Assembly: GCF_036321535.1 (NCBI RefSeq)
Contig: NC_087437.1
Span: 75,890,001 to 75,954,000, forward strand
DNA: 64,000 nt
Direction of reading: 5' to 3'
Origin: Camelus dromedarius
Lineage: Eukaryota
A program made the position numbers and the translations under genes. The first letter of the stretch is position 1. Each line of letters opens with the position of its first letter. The notes beneath the pieces are model-generated. The model ran no database searches, was not told the origin of the DNA, and worked only from the letters and a program-made list of their open reading frames with translations. Of this stretch, positions 1 through 12,834 are shown in pieces.

Positions 1-2539
1 GCAGCCTCAGAACTGGCGTTTTTCCGCCAGCCTCAGGATCACAGCCCTCAATTAAAACGATTTGTTTATTATCAGCCACTTTCACTATACGGTGAATAGA
101 TTTCAGATTCCTTGGAGTTAGAATATGGATAAAGTAAAGGAAAAAGAGAAAGTTTGGAGAACTTAGTATGGGATAAAGAGAAAAAAGATTAGAAGAGGAA
201 TGCTGAGTATTTTAGGAGAGGAAACAACTTCCCTCTATCTGTTTTCCCAACAATTGGCGCTGGACTCTAGCCTTCACATGTACAAGCCGAGAGAAACATC
301 ATTCAGCTGTGTCATTTCAGCCAGTCTGCAGTGGTACCTCTCCCCTCACGCCTGCTAGCAAGTTGCGGTGGTCGACCCTCCAGGCCAGGGCCCCGGGTGC
401 CCCATTCCTCCAAGACTCACAGGAAACTAACTAGTCCCCAGTCAGAACACCATCACCTGAATGGACCTGTCTATTTCTTGCTGACATGGAAATGTGAACG
501 TGGTTCAGTGTGAGTAACAGGGCCTGTCCAGCCCTACCTTTAACAGGCAGAGTAAGCAGTGGATGCTCGGGGCATCTGACCGGATATAAGCCTCATTCAG
601 GCACCACTCCAGGGGAGGAGGTGCTGCAGCCTCTGCTCTCTGCACGCTCTGGGCACCAGAATTTTATTGCAAATCACAATTGGTAGGGGCAGCTGTAGGG
701 GAAAGGTGGTCAGTCCAGTTCAATAACTTTCCTCTGTAATAACTGAAGGCGCTATTTCCCCTGGAACTTGATGAAAACAATAAAGAGGAAAACTGAGAGT
801 TATTGAACCAGAACAATGACATGAATTATTAACCATTCACTAAATGCACAAGCTATAAAAACCATATCCCTCTGATGCTTCCTGTCAGCAAGGTCCTGGC
901 CTCCCAAATATCTGAAGGAGACCCCAGGTCCCTCTTCTCTGAATTGCTTAAGAATTCAGCTTCCTGGAAGGCTAGTGGCTCTTTGTAGAAGAGAAATATA
1001 TAGTAATGTTTTCAAGAAGTGAGTCATTGGTCTTGAGCAAAATAGAGAAGGGAGGATGTCCCAAGAGATAATGAAAGGACCAAATAGATTTTGCATTCCC
1101 AGGAGGAACAGTAATAGTAAAATTCCATGTGAATGAACAAAGGAAAACGGGAAAAGGAAGGGAATTCCATGACTGCTCCCAGGGAGGAGTTCGGCTGTGT
1201 CCATCAGGGAAGGGAGGAGACTTAGAGAGGAGGGGAAAGAGTAGATAAGCAGCTTTGTGTTTCTACGTTTTAGGCCTAGAATGCTGGATATGGTTCTGTT
1301 CTCCAGAGTTGACAGATTGGTGTCTGGAATATGAGTGGAACTTGAGCAAGTGGAGTTATGAAACTCTGCACTGCCTTTGCCTCCAAGCTGGCCCGTGGTG
1401 GTGGGATTTTTCCGACTGGAAGTCCTCTGTCAACATAATAAAAATGTCCTCAGACAGCAGTGCCCAAAACCATTTAAAGAGTTCATGTTTATCTGTGCTT
1501 CATATACAGTGTGATCTGATGGGTGCATGAGGCTGTACCTACCCCCAAACATCACCTGCTTTAGCTTCTCCCAAAGTCTGAAATCTCCATGATGAAACTC
1601 CTTCCTCCAGGTGAAGACACTTTCTCCCCAAGACACCTGTAAAAATGCAGATATCTTCCTAGGAAAGGTAACTCACTGGCAACATCGGCATGGTTTGTCA
1701 GATTCTCAGTTGATACGGTTTGGCAGTAGGCTCCTAAGAGCACCAAAGCAGTCAGTAAAGGAGGGAGACACGTGATGTGATAAGAAGGAAAATCCGGCTC
1801 CTGACCAGGCTCCATCCATCCAAGGGCACAGGCTGAAGAAAGGCTGGCTGTGAGTGTAACTCCAGTGCTGGGGCCATGGCAGCATGCAGCCCTCAGACGT
1901 GGGCAGAGGGCAGACAATCCCAAAGGGTGAACTGGGAAACACCAACGATAAACTCAATTTGTTGGCAGAGGGCCCTCCGTGAGAAATACTGTTTAGTTTT
2001 GGTTTTAATTTCTAAAAGACATGCTTTGCGTTTTAGGGACTTTTTTTTTTTTTTTTTAACGTGGAAGAACATGTTTTCATTCAGTAACACGATGCCGAAG
2101 ATGACATTGCTCAGGATGTTAAAGTCCACGTGCAGACGTTGCCTAGAAAAGGATGTACTTCAGCTCCTTTGCTTACTCTTAGAACCGCTGATGCGGGCAC
2201 CGCCCCAGGGCTCCGGGGCTCCCTTTCTGGCTGGGGTGTGATTCCTTTCTTTCCGATCCTCTCCCCCCTGTAGGTGCTCCCTCTGCCCCTGGGGCCCTTC
2301 TCCCTTCTGCGCAGAGATTTTATTATTGTGCATTTTGAATTCCACTTTTTTAAAGAATGAAGCCAATGACAAAAGAGCAAGGTCATAGGGGTAAGGTGAA
2401 ATGCACACAGGACACAGGATAATTAAGCAAATACAGTATGAGCCCTTTTAAAGTTCTCTGCAAGGGTTTGCAGATCTCTGCTTTAGGGTAATTTGAGAAG
2501 CTCCTTTCCTTCTTTTCTTTTCTTTTTTAAAGAAGGCAG

Positions 2540-2709
2540 CAGGGAATAGTGGGAAAACCGTGAACTTTGGACCCAGACAGACATGAATTTGAACCGTCTC
2601 TGCCACTTGTGAAGTGTGGCTGGACAAGTTTTGAAGCTCTCTCTGAGCTGGGCTCATTCAGCATGGATAGAAATTGCTAAATTGTAGAGCTGTAAGGATT
2701 AGAAGTAAT
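2540..2709 (+). mobile_element. MIR SINE, degenerate
   Basis: MIR-like core: 'actttggacccagacagacatgaatttgaaccgtctctgccacttg...ctctctgagct...gtaaggattaga'. Confidence 0.6.
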
Positions 2710-3110
2710 TCTAAACTATGGGACTGTAAAAGATCAGTGGTTGCCTGGGGTTGGGAATGAGGGGCAGGAAGGTGAACAGGAAAAGCGCAAAGGGTTTTTA
2801 AGGCAGCAAAAATACTCTGTATGACACCATAATGATAGATGCATGTCGTTGTACCTTTGTCCAAGCCCACAGAATGTGCAACAGCAAGCGTGAACCCGAA
2901 AATAAACCACAGACTATGGATGATCACGCTGTGTCAGTGTAGGCTCACAAGTTGTAATAGGTGCAGCGGCCACCCCATTGGGGGGTGCTGATAGTAGCGA
3001 GGCTGTGCACGTGTGGACGGGGGGATACACAGGAACCTCTGAACCTTCCTCTCAATTCTGCTGTGAATTGCTCTAAAATGGCTCTAAAAAAAAGTAAAGT
3101 CTTTTAAAAA
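2710..3110 (+). mobile_element. L1MC1-like LINE-1 3' end
   Basis: 'aaaagatcagtggttgcc', 'aatactctgtatgacaccataatg', 'tttgtccaagcccacagaatgt', 'ctcaattctgctgtgaa...ctctaaaa...aaagtc' and an A-rich end match the L1MC 3' UTR. Confidence 0.85.
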
Positions 3111-3424
3111 TTCAGCCAGACAAGGGACGGAGAAGAAACATTGAGCAGGGAGAAGTAAAGTTGTGTCCTTCCCTACTTTGAGTTAAGGTCCTGACTTTTA
3201 TGGCTCTGGACGTCCAGGCGTAGAAGAAAGATGAGGGCCGCCCGGGACGGGAAGGATGCAGCTTGAGGAAGATGACAGGAGGAGAGGAGTGGGCACAGGC
3301 TTTCAGGCGGCTACAGTCCAACAGCATGTGGTAAGAGCCTGAAACTGGGAGATGCCATTATCTTAAAAGCATACAAGCAAGGAAGTGGAATAGTATTCAT
3401 TGTTTTAAAGTCACTTAGTCAATA

Positions 3425-4080
3425 ACCTTTATTTTTCGGTCTGATTGTGAAAATACTACATGTTCATGTTGAAAAATTAAAATATACAGAAAAACCCAAA
3501 AACTAAAATGAAAACAATCTGTCACAGAGAGAGGACCATTCATCACTTAGGGTCAGTTCTTGCAGACTTTAATACGTATATATTTTTTTTTCCTTCTACA
3601 AATAGGCTTATTTTTGTAAAAGTAGCATACGCACCTTTGCACTTAATTGTATAATGTGAACATTGTCCCATGTAATTAAATATTCTTCTAGTGCATCTTT
3701 TTAAAAAATGTATTATTAAATATTTAAACATATACAAATATAAAGAGACTAGAATAACAAATCTCCGTGTACTCATCTCCCAGATAAAACAATTAACAAC
3801 TCGTGACTGGTTTCCTTTCTTCCACACACTGTCCTCTTCTCCCACTCAGCTCTTGGATTCTCTTGAAGCAAATCCCACGTAACATGGAATTTCATCAATA
3901 AATACTTCAGTATGTATGTCTCGCTGGAAGACATAGGGCTTTCTTTTAGAAATAAAAATACAATAACATTATCACACCTAAAAAATAGTAACAATTCCTT
4001 ACTATCATCAGTTTGCCCTCAGTGTTTACCTTTCCCAGGTTGTCATATTATATTTTAACTATTTGAATCAGGATCAGATT
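3425..4080 (-). mobile_element. Old L1M (L1ME/L1MC-type) 3' fragments
   Basis: 'tacatgttcatgttgaaaaattaaaatatacagaaaa', 'ttcatcaataaatacttcagtatgtatgtctc', 'acattatcacacctaaaaa...aacaattcctta' are typical antisense L1M 3' motifs. Confidence 0.65.
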
Positions 4081-4084
4081 TGAG

Positions 4085-5440
4085 CATGTGAGAGATTAGG
4101 CAAAAACCCTGAGTTTAAATTGGAAGTATTGATGTGAATTCATAATGCATTTTTATCTAAAACCAAAACACATTAAAAAAAAAAAGAACTCTGTACACTG
4201 AAAAGACCTAGAAACAATGACTAACCCAGTAGCAAAGAACACTTTTAGTGCCAAGATTATAGGCTCTAAATACAATTTTCCACTAAGGAAAAAACCAGAG
4301 TTTCTTGGAGAAATGTCAGATTCCAAATCTGGGGCAGAAAATGAACAAGATGAGCCTGAAACATCTTATACCAGAAAACAAGGAAAATATGCACATACCC
4401 CAGGGTCAGATTCTCGGGGACTGGAATAGGCTCCCGTTGGTCCATAAGGATAATATCAAGGGTAACTTCGGTAGAATGCAATGTGTCAAATGTGTGTCAG
4501 TCCATGAGTTCACAGTGATACCCCTTCAAGTGCTCATGGGTCACTCAGAAAGACAGTAGGAAACAAACTGTATTTTGATAGTAAACAAGCAAAGAGAAAG
4601 CATCAAGTATTCATCTTGCCTTTCCTTTAAAAATGGTACCTTAAGACAAATAGTTAATGAGGAGAAATTTCTCTTTATATAATACTCCAGCTCCAGATAG
4701 AAAAATGGTAGGATTAGAATGGCACCATTTCGCACCCTTTATGATTTAATGATTCTAACAACAGCAGTAAACAAACAAACAAAAACAAACTGCATAACAT
4801 CTATCTGTTCGTAGTCGTTCATCTCCTCTTCAAGCTTGTCCTGATCTGGCATGCCCCAGGGACTTTAAACTTGGTCATGAGATTGCCTTTGAATAATGTG
4901 AGCAAATCTGACATATGCCACCTCCAGACAGAAGCAAGTACATCTGCACGGTTTGGATCTTCCTTTGTTGAGCTTCTGTCTTCAGCCTTGGAAATGGCAA
5001 GCACTAGGGAGTGGCTGCTTCCTCAGCCCGAGTGCCCGAGTGACAAGGAGAGAACTGTGACACAACCCACAGCCTGGAGGAGAGAAGAGTTGATCTGCAA
5101 GCCTTGTGAGCAAGAAATAGTATTAGCCCAAGTAAGCCCCTGAGATGTGGGGAGTTTGCAAGTGGAGTAGTTTTGCCAAAAATATCAAACTTGACTCAGA
5201 GCAAGTTTCTATCCTCAGCAATTACAGGAAATACCGGGGACAGAGCCACGACTTCATGGGGGTTCACTCAGCTAAAGCCAGACTGAGAAACCCTGCATGA
5301 CGAAAACTCCAGTGTCTCTGCAAAAAAACTGCAAGGAAGAAAAAAGAGATAGAGGAAGAGATTAGATGAAAGGAGATTAAAAAGACAGTCATGAAAAGAG
5401 ACTTAAAAGACAGTCAACGAATTGCATGTGATTTCTATAA
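4085..5440 (+). mobile_element. L1MC4/5-like 3' region interrupted by an MLT1-type LTR fragment (about 4800-5160)
   Basis: L1: 'gaaaagacctagaaacaatgactaacccagtagca', 'aaaccagagtttcttggagaaatg...gatgagcctgaaacatct', 'aattacaggaaata'. Insert ends in an MLT1-like 'agcaagaaata...aagcccctgagatgtgggg'. Confidence 0.7.
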
Positions 5441-6019
5441 TTTTAATTTAATCAGGGTCACTTAATGGACACCCCTAGAGCCAAGAGTGGCCAAAGAGTG
5501 AGAATTTCCAGATGGAGCCTGGAGGGTTATGGACAGAATTTGATTGTAGACTAGGTGTTCAAACACATGTCTGCTTGGCCCTTTGTGGTGGGATGGGGTT
5601 GAGAAGAGAAGACAAGTAAACCAGAGGTCTTATTTGTGCTTTTATTCCAGTTCTACATATATAAGGGATTTGCTGGATTGGTCTAAAGAGTATTTAAGAT
5701 GGTTTTCAATAACTAATGAGAGCCAGGGGAGAGTCCTTGAGCATGGTCATGCCATGATGAGACAAGGTTCAGACAGATTAACAGCCCTAAAGAGGACAGA
5801 TTGATGGGGATGGGAAGGGAGGCAGGCAGATCAGCTCCGAGGCTCCTGCAATAATAAAAACAAAAAATAATGTATCAGCTGGGATGGGGATGGAAACAGA
5901 AAGACCAGAAAATTCAAACACATAGTATTTTGATGAGATTTCCATTTCTGAAAAATTACAGTATTGCTCAAACACTCCCAGGTTATGAATTGATGATAGT
6001 AACTGTATTCAATATTCAA

Positions 6020-6199
6020 TTTTTTTTAAATTGAAGTACAGTCAGTTACAGTGTGTCAATCTCTGGTGTACAGTACAATGTCCCAGTCATGCATATACAT
6101 ACATATATTCATTTTCATATTCTTTTTCATTAAAGGTTATTACAAGATATTGAACATAGTTCCCTGTGCTATACAGAAGAAACTTTTTTTTCTAATCTA
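6020..6199 (-). mobile_element. Young camelid-type L1 3' end, 5'-truncated
   Basis: T-tract followed by 'attgaagtacagtcagttacagtgtgtcaatctctggtgtacag...ttattacaagatattgaacatagttccctgtgctatacagaagaa'. Probable TSD aatattcaattt (6011-6022) / aataatcaattt (6200-6211). Confidence 0.85.
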
Positions 6200-6827
6200 A
6201 ATAATCAATTTAAAAATTTTAGATTTTGTACCTACGTATGGCTTGAAAGGAGGAAAGTTGGGCAGAAGTGAAAGCATTGTGTCAGGAGAGAGGACCCAGT
6301 GAGAGGGCTGCAATCCAGGGAGCCTTAACAGCCGGATGTACAAATGGTAAGAGAAAGCTAACCATGAGATTATGGTGATGGGGAAAAGGAAATTTTCAGC
6401 AAAGGAGATGGGGGCAGACGGGGGTACTGTGAAATTAAAGAAGGAGGCAGGATAGTTATTCATAGCTATTCTCCTGCTATACCTCCGAAATACGTGTGCT
6501 TAAAAAACGAATAGAAAGTAATTGATTCGAAATAGAAAAGCATTAAAGCCTGAAAATATGGAAACATGAGAAATGACCCTGAATTAAATATGCTTAAAGT
6601 GGTTTTTAGGGTTTTCTTTGGTCCATGTAAGTCACTTTTACAAAACATTTTAATGAAACACTTTGAAAAAATAGTCACTGGACTTTTTGGAAGAAAATGT
6701 CCCTATTAATTCAAGGCAAACTGTATGGTTAAAAATTATGAACAGTGTTGCAGAGTTCTGAAAGGCAGCTTTGCTGAGTTTTGTTCTACAGCGGGTATTC
6801 ACGTTGTCAACACCAGAGTTCCCTGCC

Positions 6828-6885
6828 TGTCCCAAGTCAGGTTTCCGAGATACAGATCCTGAGATGGGTGATGTTAACCAAAGGC
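6828..6885 (-). mobile_element. Short ERVL LTR33-like terminal fragment
   Basis: 'tgtcccaagtcaggtttccgagatacagatcctgagatggg' resembles the reverse-complemented LTR33 3' end. Confidence 0.35.
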
Positions 6886-7394
6886 AGTTCTCTAGAGAAG
6901 AGGACAGCTGGCCGTGGTCACCAGCCAGCACTGCATCTGGGTGGGACACTGAGAGAGCCACTATACCGACTAATTGCCTTCCACCCGGAAACACATCAGG
7001 CAACAACAAATGGTGTGTGTGCTTTCATCAAAATCAAAACTGAAAATCAGTGAGGCAGCTTCGTACAGAGAAAAGAATCCCTTTGGTGGAGGTAACGCAC
7101 CTGCAAAAAGGTTTGCCTTCCACCAAATTTGTGAGATTTGGGGCAAATTACTCAGCCCCTCCAAGCTTGTTTCTTCATTCATAAAGTTGGAAAAATAAAA
7201 ATGCCTCTGTTGAGTCCTGGTAGAAAATAAATAGGATGTCCATATAAAATATACTTATATGTGATACACTAGTGAATCACATATTCTTTTTTTATAGTAA
7301 TAGAAAAAGGTCCGGAATGCTGTCCACTAAGTTAACTGTAAGTGATTGGAGAGTGAGGGCCAGGGTAAGTGGTCACAGGGAGAAGCCCAGTAGG

Positions 7395-7600
7395 TGGCAA
7401 AGAGCACAGACTTTGGAGCCAGGCTGTCGTGGGACTTGGGGAACGTTGTTTAACCTCTCTGTGCCTCAGTTTCCTTACCTCTACGATGGGGCTAGGTTAC
7501 AAGCCTACCTCAGAAGTTTGCTTTGAGAATTAAATGGCCTAACATGAAATCATTTAGAGCAGTGTCTAGCATGTCATAAGGGCAATAAAAGTGTTAGATA
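7395..7600 (+). mobile_element. MIR SINE
   Basis: 'agagcacagactttggagccagg...gacttggggaacgttgtttaacctctctgtgcctcagtttcct...gagaattaaatg...aaatcatttagagcagtgtct'. Confidence 0.85.
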
Positions 7601-8428
7601 TTTATAGTTTTATTTGGCTTATTTCTGCTTTCTAATGTTACTACAGTGATTAAATATTGGCTTTACAATATGAAAAATGTATAAAACCTAAAAGAAAGTT
7701 TCTTTGTAACATATGAACTGTTAATCACTGGCAGACATTTTCACTAATTTCTATTCTAAATGGAAATAAAATAATGAAAACTGTTAAGGCAATATATCAA
7801 CCAGAGAACCATGGCCACAAGCTTTCTACTGCTCCATTCAAAAAACGAAAGCCTCTGAGGACTGAGGTTTATCTATTTGCTGAGTTCTTGCTGCTGTTGG
7901 CTTTATGCTGCCCTTTGCACAGCAGTGGGGACCTCAAGTCCTGGGTTGTGTGATACTTTGTTCACAGCCAACTCTGCATAGATGCAACATCAGTATTTCA
8001 ATGTCAGTGGTGGAGGTAACCTTGCTTAGTAATCCAAGCTGTGCAGGGCTGCTTTTTTTTTTTTTTTTTAGGAGTATAAAAAGGTGACAGCTGCTGCTTC
8101 ACTCACCAGAGACAAATGAATACAAAATGGTTGACTCATCAGCAACTCCTGACAGTCTCTAAGCTCTGTGGCCCACAGAGCTCTCCTGGGACCAGACGCT
8201 TCCATCACAGCCTCCTGTTGTCATGGCCACATGCAGACTTGGCGCGTTCTCCACATACTGGGCATCTCTTGCCTGAGGGGTGGGTTCAGGACAGCCAACT
8301 GCTGTTTTACTGAGAATATTCAGCTAGCTGAGCAAGGCCAATATTGAAGAAATTTATTATTTGAATTGTTCAGTTCCCCGGAAATTTTCCTCTTACTGTT
8401 TAGGAGGAATGCGGAAATGGCAGTGCAC

Positions 8429-8467
8429 CGCACGCGCGCGCGCGCGCACACACACACACACACACGC
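8429..8467. repeat. (CG)n(CA)n compound microsatellite
   Basis: cgcacgcgcgcgcgcgcgcacacacacacacacacacgc. Confidence 0.95.
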
Positions 8468-8689
8468 TTTAGGTCAAATTATCATCAAGGAGCCAGTAGG
8501 ATACCTCTTAAAATGGGCTGCTGCAATCACACTTTTCATCCAGCCACTACACTTTGCAGGTAATTGCCAGCCAGGGGCAAGCCACAAATACCATTAAATA
8601 TAGACATTACGTTCCAGAAGCCCACAAGCGCCATCACAATAATGAACTACCAGTATACTCAGATTCCAGATCACATGGACTATACGTTG

Positions 8690-10040
8690 CCCAAGAACTT
8701 TTAAAGTTCAGACTAACGGAGGAATACTCCAGGCTGCAAAATTTCTTTGGAAACTATATGAATTCAGAAGGATAAAGTTAATTGAGGTAAAACAAAGATA
8801 GTGATGGATTTGTTCTAAATTTAGAGAGCAGAAAAGTTTCTGTTTTTTGGTTCAGCTCTTTTCTTTCAAGGTTTCTTTCTGTCTTCCTCCAGTGAGTCTA
8901 TTAGCATGCCTATCTAGACCTAATTGGCAAATGGAAATAAATAAATCACGGGCACCCACCCAAGCATTGTGAGGGAATTTAGAGCAGGAATGTGTACATA
9001 TTGATCAAAACGGGCATCCTGCCATTGTTGATAAGGACCTTGGCTGACAGACCTCAGAAAACTGAGCAAAATTATAATATCATAAACTGTAAAATCACTA
9101 AACATTTAAGCACGTATCACAAGTAAAGCCATACAGTTGCTATCAGAAGAAATTATTCCCCATAGAGTTGCCAGACTTTTTGAGGTATTGGGCATGAAAA
9201 TATGAGATACTAGGCAACTTGCTTTATTTCCATATTTTAAAGACTTTCAACAAGGTTTTACTTTAAAGATGATTTAAAACAACACACCCTGCATTGGAGT
9301 GGGGACCCACTGAGGGGAATGTTAAGAAATACAGATTTTGAGCCAGAAATCCAAGTTTAGAGGCAAACAAGTACTTCTCTGGACAGAGACGCATAAGTAG
9401 CAAAGACTCCAGGAAAAAGTGGCATTTAACCTGTCCTGTAGATTCTCAGGAAGAGGGACTGCGAGAGAAAGAACACTTCCAGGGACATAAAGACAGTAAA
9501 TGTTTTCAGGCCATATTAATGGTATACTAAAAGAAACAGTTAAGTCTATGTGGGACGTAATGTGACATTTGAGCTTCAGGATGGGTAAATCAAGAGAAAA
9601 TACCTTTAAGAAAAAAGAGAATAAAAATTACTTATAAAATGATGAACTCTGACATGATCTATCCCAATAATGAATATTCCATGTCTTTTATGTGCAAAGA
9701 ACATGTATGAAAATTCTGGAGAGGAAGGAGTCTGCATTAGAAAGTATCCCAGAGATGTGGGGCCAGTGTGCTGCCGGGAAATAAGCTCTAGTCATCATTA
9801 AAATGAGAATTAGAAACAAAATGAAAACTATTCTTCGACCTTTGCACAAGTCCCGCTGGACGCACATCTGGAAACTTGCTTCAATGCTGGACATCAAGAA
9901 ATGCTGTCAAGCCACCAAGCAGGGAAAATCTACTGGGAAGGCAGAGGCCTGATTCACATATAAGGAGAGACACAGCTTGCACATCAGGCCAAGAGAAACT
10001 GGATACTCACTCAGTGAAAATCTGAGGCGTATTAAAAGGG
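8690..10040 (+). mobile_element. Ancient CR1/L3 LINE ORF2 (reverse transcriptase) relic
   Basis: Collinear degenerate peptides: GTHPSIVREF (8951; cf. GIHPRVLKEL), LYFHILKTFNKV (9222; cf. VYLDFQKAFDKV), ITYKMMNS (9627; cf. YTYKMMGS), GQCAAGK*ALVIIKMRIRNKMKTILRPLHKS (9761; cf. AQCAAAVKKANRMLGIIRKGIENKTENIILPLYKS), then AHLETC (cf. PHLEYC) after a frameshift. Confidence 0.75.
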
Positions 10041-10827
10041 TCCATATGGACTTAATCCCTTCCCTTCCTTTCTTGTGCAAACTTCTTAATAATTCGTATA
10101 TTGTACATTTCTAGTTTTGATTTTCCCACCTCCATTTCGCTCTTCAATCACATAATCAGGTATCTGCGCTCATTGCTCCGGAGAAACAAGTCTTTCTAAA
10201 GGAATTAACAATTTCCTAATTCCAAATCTAATAGAGAATGTTTTTCTTCTCATTTACTTCATCTTTCTCCCTTGGCCATTCCTTTCTTGAAATTCTCTCC
10301 TACCACAGTTCCTATGATGCCCTTTCCCTGGTTTTCTTTCTCACTCTTATTATTTCTTGTCACTCCGCTGGCTCCTCTGACTCTACTGGTGCCTTCAATT
10401 AGTTTACCCTCGCCCCTTTTCAAGCTACATGCCTACCCATGATCTTAACAATGCCCAGACTTTTCTCTAATTATTTCCAAAATCCTCCTCTCTCCTCATC
10501 ATCTCTCCCTGAACTCTAGATCCGTATCTTCAGTTGTCCACTGGGCATGCCAGTTGAATGTCCCCCCAAAATACAAAGACAACACATTTAAAATCAAACT
10601 CAAAGTTCTCCCTACACCCCTAATCCACTCCTCCTCAATCTCTGTCCCATTGCCAGAGCCCTTACTGACACACCCCAGGTCTTGGGTGAATTACAAAAGG
10701 TATCCTTCTCAGCCCTACACCAGACTGGACTGTGGCACTCAGGGGAGACTCTAGCCCTTGCACCCACTCTGCTGAACGTCTTTGTGGAGAGTACGGACTG
10801 CACCACATCTTGCACTAGGCAGTCCTG

Positions 10828-11321
10828 TGTCGGGGAGGGGAACATTCCCCCTACTCTGCTTGGTTCTCTTGGTTGATCTAATAATTAAGTGGACACAAGG
10901 CAGAGTAACAGGAGGAAAAAATTTTTTTAATTTTGTATGAATGGAAGTCTTATAGATACAGGACCCAAAGAAGAGACCAAAACAAGGGGCTTTTATACCT
11001 TTTAGACAGAGAAATGATAAATTAGTGATGAATTGACAGACAAAGAAGTTTGGGCTTGGGGTAATAATTAGTTAAAAAGTAACAAGGTTTATTTACACAG
11101 CCTTCTCAGCCTTAATGCCCTATCTCTGGTGATAAGGATGTCTCTCTACCTCTTGGTACAGAGAGGGTACCTTTCACATGAGAGATGTATTTCCTGCTTT
11201 CAGGGGGAAAAGAGGGTCAGAGTGTCCTTCTTGTACTGGCTGTTTCTTAAGTAATTTTAATTTAAAATATTTGATACGCCAAAGTGGTACACTTGGGGAC
11301 AGCCTGCCCTGGACCCCATCA
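10828..11321 (-). mobile_element. ERV1 solo LTR, MER34-like group
   Basis: TG...CA termini and a perfect 4-bp TSD cctg (10824-10827 / 11322-11325). Terminal 'gccaaagtggtacacttgggg...ccccatca' is the reverse complement of an MER34-type 5' end. Confidence 0.85.
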
Positions 11322-11542
11322 CCTGACATTTTCTTATCACTCAAAGTTAGAATTTCAGTTATTAGCTCTATCGATACTCAAGCATCAAATTCTGTTCATT
11401 TTATCCTAGAAATATCTATACCATCTGAGAAATGCTTTTGCCTAATATGCCATCTCTCAATTCATACAGTATATATTAGCAAGGCTTCATTACTTTCTTG
11501 TTTGTTAAAATAAGTAAGCATCAATAGAATTTCTAACGCTTT

Positions 11543-11904
11543 TGTATTAGTCTGTCAAGGCAAGGCTGCCATAACAAAAGAGCATACATTGGATGGTTAA
11601 AATAACAAATATTTGTTTCTTACAGCTCTGGAGCCTGGAAGTCTGTGACCAGGGTGTCAGCATGGTCAGGACCTTGTTTTCAGTCACCGATTTCTCACTG
11701 TATCCTCACATGGCAGAATGAGAGCAGAGGCAAACTTTCTTATGACCCTCATAAGGACACTAATGCCATTCACAAGAGCTCCACCCTCATGATCTCACCT
11801 AATCCTAATTTCTTCCCAAAGACCCCACTTCCTAATAGAATCATACTGGGGGTGGGTTTCAACATTACGAATTTAGGAGGAACACAAACATTCAGTCCAT
11901 AACA
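11543..11904 (-). mobile_element. MLT1A-type MaLR solo LTR
   Basis: 'tgtattagtc...ggctgccataacaaaa...ttcttacagctctggagcctggaagtct...acacaaacattcagtccataaca'. Confidence 0.9.
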
Positions 11905-12834
11905 TTTTTCTTTCCTTAGTGATCACTCATCAGGGTAGACTTACCCCACCTTGGAGACTATTGATAATGAGGATTAAGCTTCGCAGCACAATGTATAAGA
12001 CCTCTAACAACTGTCTACAAAATGCCTTTCCATCCCCATGTTTTACTTCTCCATGCTTGCTCCACCCAGAACACAATACCTGTTACTTCTTGGATGAATC
12101 CGCATGGCTTCCTGCCTCTGTACATTTGTACATGTCATGGTTCTGCCTGGAGTCTTCTTACCTCTCCTTTCCCTAATGCACTCTTCCTTATCTCTCCCGG
12201 CTTAACGCAAAGGTTACTTTTTCCATCAAACTTCCTCCTGTCCTTCTTCCACCCTCTCCCACATCAGTCACCACCCAGGGAAGAGTTACTATGCTGGGAA
12301 CCCAGAGCTCCCTATATGTGAACTATGGACCACAACCCCCTCATGCTGTTGGTTGTTTTTTCACATGACATTCTGCCCCATTAGGTTTTACTCTCTCCGA
12401 AATAAAAATCATGTCTTCATGATTCATTTTGTATACCAAAAGCTTAGGATTGTTTGACACATTGCAAACTCTTTGTGACAGTTGAATGACTGAATAAACA
12501 GAATAAATTAATATTTTAAAAGTTCTCTTTAAGTATATTGGGCTGCCCCAGAAAGCAAAAAGTCCACTTTCCCTTTCTCAAAGCAGAGGCTGGTAGAAGG
12601 AACTCAAACAATGGCTAGATGTGTAGTTTAGATATGCTTTAACACACATAAGCAACATGTGTGTGCCAGCAAGCCTTTTCTGACTTCAAAATGTCATGTC
12701 ACCCCCGCCCCCGAGTAGGACACCTTTAGTGTCTGTAAAAAGAATTGATGTCTATAAGTCTGCTACTTGATTTTACCAGGCACTACTTATTTTTACTACT
12801 AAAAATACTTCCATCACCTAATTTTATTGTTCAT

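Larger units (their letters stand above)
10080..12500 (+). mobile_element. L2 LINE (RT region to 3' end), interrupted by two LTRs
   Basis: Pyrimidine-rich L2 ORF2-like sequence ('tctctccctgaactctagatccgtatcttcagttgtccactgggcat', 'tcaaactcaa'), ending in 'gttgaatgactgaataaa' like the L2 3' tail. Confidence 0.7.

Noticed and set aside
6771..7053. Overlapping ORFs in three frames with a plausible acceptor (ttctacag|6792) and weak donor (7013)
   Set aside because: No recognisable protein in any frame, part of it resembles an LTR33 end, and no partner exons were found
8554..8775. 73-aa ORF after a 'tttgcag' acceptor-like site
   Set aside because: Unrecognisable, and its 3' part runs into the CR1 relic
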